DNA of 7,711 nt, from the NCBI GenBank assembly GCA_030141605.1, contig JAQGDQ010002224.1, forward strand, positions 1-7,711, in the 5' to 3' direction. Shown piece by piece: positions 1 through 7,700 of this stretch. How positions within the stretch are numbered: position 1 is the first letter of the stretch; each line of letters begins with the position of its first letter. The notes beneath the pieces are model-generated. The model did no database searches. It saw only the letters and a program-made list of their open reading frames with translations, and was not told the origin of the DNA. The position numbers were made by a program, and so were the translations under genes. This DNA is from Tubiluchus corallicola (Eukaryota; Animalia; Priapulida).

Positions 1-7
1 TATGTGT

Positions 8-322
<315 letters not shown>

Positions 323-337
323 TAAGTTTATTCTTAC

Positions 338-451
338 CGCAGTTGAACCAGTGAACGCAACTTTGTCAACATCCGCGTGTTCCGAAAGAGCGGCTCCGGC
401 CGTTGGACCGTATCCCGGCACAACGTTGACCACACCGGCGGGGAAGCCAAC
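338..451 (-). CDS. ALDH1A: Aldehyde dehydrogenase (ALDH1/2 family, probably ALDH1A-type), 114-nt internal exon, NAD-binding Rossmann region
   Basis: Minus-strand translation [38 protein letters not shown] contains the GFPx[13 protein letters not shown] and DKVAFTGST motifs. Acceptor CAG at 452-454, donor GTAAG at 337-333, phase 0-0. The size equals exon 7 of vertebrate ALDH1A/ALDH2 (recalled). The symbol is subfamily-level only. Confidence 0.95.
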
Positions 452-831
452 CTGGAGACAGTCGTTCATTATATGACCACCCGGTCTCATTTTTGTAGAC
501 ATGAAACATCAGTACAATAGCCAGTCAGAACTTAACTGCCGCCGCTGTTAGTAAGAAGGTAGCGTGACCACCCAGAGGTTTACACCACCCACCCACGTAC
601 AAGGAGAGATGGCTAGCCTACGTATCGAAAATTACTTCAAACGTGCATTGGGTTATTTTGATATGCAATCAAAGGCACTTTTCCTACTGTACGACATTTT
701 TTCATTTACAACAGACCACGGAATTTATTCCCTGAAATGTAAAATTCATTTGCTCCGGGAGGCTAACTGCCCCATTTTACCTCCCGCCTCGTTTGCCTAT
801 GCCTACAATGCACGATTATGATATTCCGTAC

Positions 832-960
832 CTCCTTGCACAGCGCGGCCACGTGTAACGCGGTCAGTGGAGTCCACTCCGCTGGTTTTAGCACCACGGT
901 GTTGCCACAAGCTAATGCCGGTCCAAACTTCCAGGCTAGCATGCAAATGGGATAATTCCA
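832..960 (-). CDS. ALDH1A: Aldehyde dehydrogenase, 129-nt internal exon (oxyanion Asn, KPAE cofactor motif)
   Basis: Translation [43 protein letters not shown]. Acceptor TTATTTTTAG ends at 961, donor GTACGG starts at 831, phase 0-0. It joins in frame with both neighbouring exons. Confidence 0.95.
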
Positions 961-1126
961 CTAAAAATAAGGAGCCATATTATAGCTTAAATGCGTTTAA
1001 ATTTAAATAATATGTCGCTAGACTGGAGATGTCTTATCAAATCAAGGATACATCTATGACTAGACACATTGCCCAAAAAGATATCGTTGCTGCTCAAATT
1101 TACAAAAGCATAAATTTACTGGTGCA

Positions 1127-1139
1127 TGAACTTTGACCC
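1127..1139 (-). promoter_or_regulatory. DR1 nuclear-receptor-like element GGGTCA-A-AGTTCA (motif only)
   Basis: Plus strand TGAACTTTGACCC gives two RGKTCA half-sites spaced by 1 nt. Function is not shown. Confidence 0.3.
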
Positions 1140-1146
1140 GAGTCGG

Positions 1147-3285
1147 AGAGGTTTTGACTCTGCTGCAGTGTTTATTGTTTATCCGCTGTCTAGACTTAAG
1201 CGTTAACGAAACAGAGATTACTAGCTAGGTAAGTAAGATAGAGGTTTTGACTCTGCTGCAGTGTTTATTGTTTATCCGCTGTCTAGACTTAAATGTTAAC
1301 GAAACAGAGATTACTAACTAGGTAAGTAAGATAGAGGTTTTGACTCTGCTGCAGTACTTATTGTTTATCCGCTGTCTAGACTTAAATGTTAACGAAACAG
1401 AGATTACTAGCTAGGTAAGTAAGATAGAGGTTTTGACTCTGCTGCAGTGTTTATTGTTTATCCGCTGTCTAGACTTAAACGTTAACGAAACAGAGATTAC
1501 TAGCTAGGTAAGTAAGATAGAGGTTTTGACTCTGCTGCAGTACTTATTGTTTATCCGCTGTCTAGACTTAAGCGTTAACGAAACAGAGATTACTAGCTAG
1601 GTAAGTAAGATAGAGGTTTTGACTCTGCTGCAGTGCTTATTGTTTATCCGCTGTCTAGACTTAAGCGTTAACCAAACAGAGATTACTAACTAGGTAAGTA
1701 AGATAGAGGTTTTGACTCTGCTGCAGTGTTTATTGTTTATCCGCTGTCTAGACTTAAGCGTTAACGAAACAGAGATTACTAGCTAGGTAAGTAAGATAGA
1801 GGTTTTGACTCTGCTGCAGTGTTTATTGTTTATCCGCTGTCTAGACTTAAGCGTTAACGAAACAGAGATTACTAGCTAGGTAAGTAAGATAGAGGTTTTG
1901 ACTCTGCTGCAGTGCTTATTGTTTATCCGCTGTCTAGACTTAAGCGTTAACGAAACAGAGATTACTAGCTAGGTAAGTAAGATAGAGGTTTTGACTCTGC
2001 TGCAGTGCTTATTGTTTATCCGCTGTCTAGACTTAAACGTTAACGAAACAGAGATTACTAGCTAGGTAAGTAAGATGGAGGTTTTGACTCTGCTGCAGTG
2101 TTTATTGTTTATCCGCTGTCTAGACTTAAGCGTTAACGAAACAGAGATTACTAACTAGGTAAGTAAGATGGAGGTTTTGACTCTGCTGCAGTGTTTATTG
2201 TTTATCCGCTGTCTAGACTTAAGCGTTAACGAAACAGAGATTACTAGCTAGGTAAGTAAGATGGAGGTTTTGACTCTGCTGCAGTGTTTATTGTTTATCC
2301 GCTGTCTAGACTTAAGCGTTAACGAAACAGAGATTACTAGCTAGGTAAGTAAGATAGAGGTTTTGACTCTGCTGCAGTGTTTATTGTTTATCCGCTGTCT
2401 AGACTTAAACGTTAACGAAACAGAGATTACTAGCTAGGTAAGTAAGATAGAGGTTCTGACTCTGCTGCAGTGTTTATTGTTTATCCGCTGTCTAGACTTA
2501 AGCGTTAACGAAACAGAGATTACTAGCTAGGTAAGTAAGATAGAGGTTTTGACTCTGCTGCAGTGTTTATTGTTTATCCGCTGTCTAGACTTAAGCGTTA
2601 ACGAAACAGAGATTACTAGCTAGGTAAGTAAGATAGAGGTTTTGACTCTGCTGCAGTGTTTATTGTTTATCCGCTGTCTAGACTTAAGCGTTAACGAAAC
2701 AGAGATTACTAGCTAGGTAAGTAAGATAGAGGTTTTGACTCTGCTGCAGTGTTTATTGTTTATCCGCTGTCTAGACTTAAGCGTTAACGAAACAGAGATT
2801 ACTAACTAGGTAAGTAAGATAGAGGTTTTGACTCTGCTGCAGTGTTTATTGTTTATCCGCTGTCTAGACTTAAGCGTTAACGAAACAGAGATTACTAGCT
2901 AGGTAAGTAAGATAGAGGTTTTGACTGTGCTGCAGTGTTTATTGTTTATCCGCTGTCTAGACTTAAGCGTTAATGAAACAGAGATTACTAACTAGGTAAG
3001 TAAGATAGAGGTTTTGACTCTGCTGCAGTGTTTATTGTTTATCCGCTGTCTAGACTTAAGCGTTAATGAAACAGAGATTACTAACTAGGTAAGTAAGATA
3101 GAGGTTTTGACTGTGCTGCAGTGTTTATTGTTTATCCGCTGTCTAGACTTAAGCGTTAATGAAACAGAGATTACTAACTAGGTAAGTAAGATAGAGGTTT
3201 TGACTCTGCTGCAGTGCTTATTGTTTATCCGCTGTCTAGACTTAAGCGTTAATGAAACAGAGATTACTAACTAGGTAAGTAAGAT
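1147..3285. repeat. Intronic tandem satellite, 23 x 93 bp
   Basis: Unit AGAGGTTTTGACTCTGCTGCAGTGTTTATTGTTTATCCGCTGTCTAGACTTAAGCGTTAACGAAACAGAGATTACTAGCTAGGTAAGTAAGAT. GAGG recurs at 1148, 1241, 1334 ... 3194. No indels, about 10 variable sites, no unique spacers. Confidence 0.99.
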
Positions 3286-3418
3286 GTATCGGTGGTTTTA
3301 TGCAAGCAGAAAGAAATTAATCAGTAGCAACACGAGTAAAACTCATTAAACTTTTAGTCTTTACGATTTAAGCAGTATTGACTTTTGCCTCCGGAACGTA
3401 TCTCGGTTCTTTTACATT

Positions 3419-4115
3419 ACTTTCTATGGAAGTCTTGGTTTCGTTTAACGACGTTTCACTTAACGTCACATTTTGCTGGAATGCATTAGCGTCGTTAAGC
3501 GAGGACTTACTTTACATCTTATGATTCTGATATTGAGGAACTATCCAAAACGAAACTTAAAACTTCGCCGTTCACCTTAACAGCTTTCTACGGGAGTCTT
3601 GGCTTCGTTTAACGTCGTTTCACTTAACGACACATTTTGCTGGAACGCATTAGCATCGTTAAGCGAGGACATACTGTACATCTTATGATTCTGATATTGA
3701 GAAACTATCCAAATGGAAGTCTTGGCTTCGTTTAACGACGTTTCACTTAACGACACATTTTGCTGGAACGCATTAGTGTCGTTAAGCGAGGACTTACTTA
3801 CATCTTATGATTCTGATATTGAGGAACTATCCAAAACGAAACTTAAAACTTCGCCGTTCACCTTAACAACTTTCTATGGAAGTCTTGGCTTTGTTTAACG
3901 ACGTTTCACTTAACGACACATTTTGCTGGAACGCATTAGCGTCGTTAAGCGAAAATGACTTACTGTACATCTTATGATTCTGATATTGAGAAACTGTCCA
4001 AAACGAAAATTAAAACTACGCCGTTCACATTAACAGCTTTCTGCGGGAGTCTTGGCTTCGTTTAACGTCGTTTCGCTTAACGACACATAATGACACGCTT
4101 TACTGAAACTCATTA
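3419..4115. repeat. ~164-bp tandem repeat (4 copies plus a partial) containing one terminal end of a Tigger/pogo-like MITE plus flank
   Basis: Units start at about 3421, 3585, 3713 (about 40-bp deletion at the junction), 3871 and 4038. Each full unit has CGTTAAGCGAGGAC(A/T)TACTG|TA or a decayed form; the best copy is 3657-3678, reverse complement TA|CAGTATGTCCTCGCTTAACG. This resembles TcMar-Tigger termini. Confidence 0.85.
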
Positions 4116-4236
4116 CCGACCAGCTGCTAATAGAAGCTTTTAGTTCCGCAAAAGAAGCAGCACAAAATCGTTAAAATCATCTTCTGCAAGTGGAAAAATA
4201 AACAAAAACAAATCTAGCAAAAGAAGAAGAACTCAC

Positions 4237-4298
4237 CGGTATTATCTGCCCGCAAACTCCGACAGGTTCATGTCTTGTGTAAGTAAATACATCACCAT
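4237..4298 (-). CDS. ALDH1A: Aldehyde dehydrogenase, 62-nt internal exon
   Basis: AT GGT GAT GTA TTT ACT TAC ACA AGA CAT GAA CCT GTC GGA GTT TGC GGG CAG ATA ATA CCG translates as (x)[20 protein letters not shown]. Acceptor TACAG ends at 4299, donor GTGAGT starts at 4236, phase 1-0. It splices to WNYP to give the conserved GQIIPWN. Confidence 0.95.
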
Positions 4299-4369
4299 CT
4301 GTACAAGCAAAAGCATTTCAGCACCAACAACACAGAGATGAGAATGACAAATTGCAAAAAACTCTGAAA

Positions 4370-4829
4370 CAGGCTGGGGGTTTTGGGGGCCGTGAAGCCC
4401 GCTTGGAACCAGCAACAAATTGTAATTTTGTGACCATAGAGAGCCTCTAACTGGACTTAAAATATCAATTACCTTGTTTCATGCATAATTTAAAATACCC
4501 AACTATCAAGGATACATGATACCTAATTGTCTCAAAAACACCTAAGTACTGGCTGCTCCTATGCAAAAGTTTATAAAAACTGTCTGCAATTGACTCAAAT
4601 AACTCCGCACAATTGATTCTATATTTTTATACAAAGAGATATACACGTGGTTACACTGATGTACGTGATGTAAACAAAGTGACGGCCTGCCAACTAGCGG
4701 TCAGCTTGTGAAATAATGTACTGGGTCCGTAAAAATTTTCTCAACAAATTTACGCAATTTACAAAAATGGCACTACTGGTCTTCCAAAAGCTCGGAATTC
4801 CGCGTATCCGCAGAAAATTCTCATCCCTG
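4370..4829. mobile_element. Probable truncated hAT-like non-autonomous element
   Basis: The right end reads CAGGGATGAGAATTTT on the minus strand (4829-4814), resembling Ac-type CAGGGATGAAA termini. There is a GC-rich GGGGGTTTTGGGGGCCGTGAAGCCC block near 4376, and internal 4505-4582 resembles 1041-1121. No partner TIR or TSD was found, and the left boundary is uncertain. Confidence 0.4.
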
Positions 4830-5234
4830 ACAACAATACCAACCTCTTCCACAAATGTTTAGCGAATGTGTTAAAGCATTGATCATTTCTCTGTACCGAC
4901 ATCAGTTTACATCGTAATTATGAAAATTAATACTACTAACTCCCACTGTAACTCACACTAACCATTAGCAATATATTGTAGTTTTTCTCGTAACTAATTA
5001 TAGAGGCGTAGCATGAGCTAGCTTCTTTATGTCTCTAGCGCAGAATTCATGAATTGTATCTGTTGTGTTTTGTTTCTCTCGGAAGGCTCGTAGAGAAAAC
5101 CAGAAAACACTTCGTCAAAATAAGCTAGTTTATTAAGCGAGAATTCTACAACACAAAAGTATGAAGGAACGCGAAATGATTACAGTAAACGTGAAAATCT
5201 GGAAAACGTTTAAGTGTATCTGAAAATGTAAGTA

Positions 5235-5567
5235 AAGTCAACCCTCGTTAAACCGGACTAATTGGGGGGGGGGGGGGTGGTCCGGTTTAGCCGATTGTCC
5301 GATTTATCCGATATGCCTATATATGGTCTATATTATACAGGAATAATCACCTTTATAAGGCCTATATACATTGCACTATATACTATACTGTACATTACTT
5401 TAAAATAGTTAACCTGTGAGGATAAAGAAATTATTGTACAGTTGGTAGGCCGTGTTGTCTTTAGCGCTCCGGCTCGGACGGAAATCGGTCAGTTTCCTTT
5501 ACCGCGGATGACGTCCGTCTTATCCGATATCCGGGCTAACGGGGTCCGGTTTAACGAGGGTCGACTG
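5235..5567. mobile_element. Full-length TcMar (pogo/Tigger-like) MITE, 333 bp
   Basis: 24-bp TIRs AAGTCAACCCTCGTTAAACCGGAC (5235-5258) and GTCCGGTTTAACGAGGGTCGACTG (5544-5567) match at 22/24. TA flanks both sides (5233-5234, 5568-5569). Subterminal TCCG(A/G) repeats are present and there is no transposase. Confidence 0.9.
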
Positions 5568-5581
5568 TATACAGGAGAACG

Positions 5582-5872
5582 TGTAAGTACACGTCCATGC
5601 GAGATCTGCGCGCTCCCGTGTCAGGGGCCTGCTTCGCCTTGAAGCCACGTGCCAAGAAGCTTCCAGAAGTTTTGTTCCAGAACATTCCAGCCGGTAAGAC
5701 GATCATTCCAACGGAACATTCTACAATGTTCTATGTAATTCTAATAGATGCCAGCGATCTCCACAACACTATCATAATTCTGTATTAACAAAAACTGATT
5801 GTCGATGCACATGTAATGCATGTGTATATGTTTATTGCGAAATAAATCTACTGAATTAAATTGAATTCAACA
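5582..5872 (+). mobile_element. Possible solo LTR
   Basis: Starts TGTAAG and ends TCAACA, with an internal nGAAn array and AATAAA at 5841-5846 near the end. No clean target-site duplication (GAACG vs ATGCA). Confidence 0.35.
5655..5741. promoter_or_regulatory. Cluster of heat-shock-element (inverted nGAAn) motifs
   Basis: GAAgcTTCcaGAA (5656-5668) and TTCcaGAAcaTTC (5675-5687) are perfect three-unit HSEs. GAAcaTTCtaCAAtgTTC lies at 5714-5731, with TTC at 10-bp spacing (5719, 5729, 5739). Confidence 0.55.
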
Positions 5873-5994
5873 ATGCACGCAAAGATTATCCAACGATCGA
5901 ACTGCCCGCCATCTTCGACTAAATGCACCGCAACTGAAGAACGTGAACTGCACAGCATAACAAAAATGAGTTTAGCACGGCGTTCAAATAGAAC

Positions 5995-6074
5995 GAGTCA
6001 CTGCAGAAGTGGTCACGTGTTCGACTTGCAATCCAAAGATCCCCGGTTCAAATCCAGACGCAGTCTCGACTTTT
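5995..6074 (+). pseudogene. tRNA-derived sequence (SINE head or pseudo-tRNA)
   Basis: Perfect B box GGTTCAAATCC at 6045-6055 and a degenerate A box CTGCAGAAGTGG at 6001-6012. Anticodon-like arm TTCGA-CTTGCAA-TCCAA has one mismatch and TGC in the loop. TTTT follows at 6071-6074. The acceptor and T stems are broken. Confidence 0.65.
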
Positions 6075-6687
6075 GTCAGGTCAAATTCTTCTAAAATGTA
6101 GTGGCAAAGGGGTTCATTCCATCTTAGAGCCATTACTGCTTTTGCGTACGAAAATCTCGAGGAGGCATTTATCGGAAATTGAGCAGTCAGTCGCACTTGA
6201 CTAAAAAACTGCATGTAATGTAAGCTCGTGATAATCGACTTAAATAACATAAGCAGGGTGGAAATTTAATGCTGGTTTTCTTGGAAATTCTGGTCAATAT
6301 GTCCGAGACAGGCAGAAGTCAGACATATTGGACAAAGTTATATTACTTAGCATTTCGCTTACCTCCTTGAAAGACTTATGTAACTTGAAAAGAAAATGAT
6401 TAATTCTTTGAAATGTTTTCACCAATTGATAAAATGTCGCTGACTCACCCTCCAGGGTGCACCACTAACCAAAAAACATATTTTTAATCTTATTGACAAG
6501 ATACAGTAATCTAAACTTTACTCAGTTAGTGACTTGTGCACTACGAATGCTCTGATTATATTTACAAACTTTACAAAATGTTAACTAAACTTCTTTCAAA
6601 TGGCCTGTCGTGAAAATGGCTGCGTCTAACGGTCATCGCGGGAGCTTAAATTTACATTTTTTATACAGCGTTACTGCCGATTGAAGT

Positions 6688-7340
6688 CCTGCATGCAAAA
6701 AGGCAGTACGTAAGTGATATAAAATTTCAAAACATTTTAACACAACTAACGAATCACAAAACAACAAAAGTTCGCAATCTTTTACCAGTGAGACCAAAGC
6801 TGTACTTCTCATGAGGATAGAGATCCAACACGTAAGTAAACGATCTCACTCGCAATTTGTCTCACAAGTTTATTCATATTACATGACAGCATACAATGCT
6901 TTATATACTACAGAATGTTCAAAATGAACTGTTTGTGGTGTGTTACTAATGTCGCGCATAATGATGTCAAACGTAAGTTTTTAGAAAATCATCTATAAAA
7001 AATTTGCTTTGCAAAAACAAAAATACGTTCCTGTCGATAGCAGTAACTGCAGTTCAATCCAGAGATAGTGATTTACATGCAAAAAGGCTGTATGTAAGCG
7101 AAATAAAGTTTCAAAACGAATTTTTCAAGCTTTATGTTTATGAAGGATTTTCTTGTGCTTTAAACATCGGTCTTTACGCTGGTCCGTCTTGGCGATGCGC
7201 GCCGGGGGTTGCGAATGGACCACCCCTCTTCACCCCGCTGACGCAAGCCCCTGTATGCAAAAAGGCAGTATGCAAGTGGTATAAATTTCAAGGCGAATTT
7301 TTTTAAGCTTTACGTTAGTGGAGGGTTTCTTGTGTTTTAA
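6688..7340 (+). repeat. Three diverged direct repeats beginning ATGCAAAAAGGC(A/T)GTA
   Basis: Copies start at 6693, 7077 and 7255. The last two align over about 87 bp (…TTTCAA…CGAATTTTT…AAGCTTTA…TTTCTTGTG…TTTAA). Confidence 0.8.
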
Positions 7341-7369
7341 GTAATTGTATCCAACAACATCATATATTA

Positions 7370-7699
7370 TCACCCCGCATATATTAACCTAAGTACACAC
7401 CTCACCCCGCATATATTAACCTAAGTACACACCTCACCCCGCATATATTAACCTAAGTACACACCTCACCCCGCATATATTAACCTAAGTACACACCTCA
7501 CCCCGCATATATTAACCTAAGTACACACCTCACCCCGCATATATTAACCTAAGTACACACCTCACCCCGCATATATTAACCTAAGTACACACCTCACCCC
7601 GCATATATTAACCTAAGTACACACCTCACCCCGCATATATTAACCTAAGTACACACCTCACCCCGCATATATTAACCTAAGTACACACCTCACCGCATA
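7370..7699. repeat. Perfect 32-bp minisatellite, about 10.3 copies
   Basis: Unit CTCACCCCGCATATATTAACCTAAGTACACAC with period 32 (7401, 7433 ... 7689). Confidence 0.99.
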
Positions 7700-7700
7700 C

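Noticed and set aside
740-801. MITE-like end (…CCTCGTTTGCCTATG) in the 452-831 intron
   Set aside because: No convincing partner TIR or TSD was found.
1147-3285. CRISPR array or coding repeat (93 = 31 codons)
   Set aside because: There are no unique spacers and no cas genes, and the context is a eukaryotic intron. The ORF track shows no ORF and the unit is rich in TAA and TAG.
1147-3285. Hammerhead-ribozyme satellite
   Set aside because: CGAAAC is present, but the consensus unit has no CTGANGA core on either strand.
3713-3898. 61-aa ORF
   Set aside because: It lies in one unit of the MITE-derived tandem repeat, and sister units carry indels that break the frame.
5995-6068. Functional tRNA-Ala(TGC) or tRNA-Cys gene
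   Set aside because: The acceptor and T stems do not pair properly, so it is kept only as a tRNA-derived relic.
6443-6467. Minus-strand 16-nt microexon AG|TGGTGCACCCTGGAGG|GTGAGT
   Set aside because: It would encode WCTLE, which does not fit the ALDH sequence expected before the 62-nt exon. It is probably a cryptic site.
5622-7253. CAGGGGCCTGC and GCAAGCCCCTG as the TIR pair of one large hAT element
   Set aside because: The match is short and imperfect, and the flanks (TCCCGTGT vs TATGCAAA) show no 8-bp target-site duplication.
5442-7306. Short ORFs 5442-5642, 5597-5788, 5861-6094, 5984-6250 and 7004-7306 (also 564-821)
   Set aside because: They have no recognisable domains, several use non-ATG starts, and they cross repeat boundaries inside introns.
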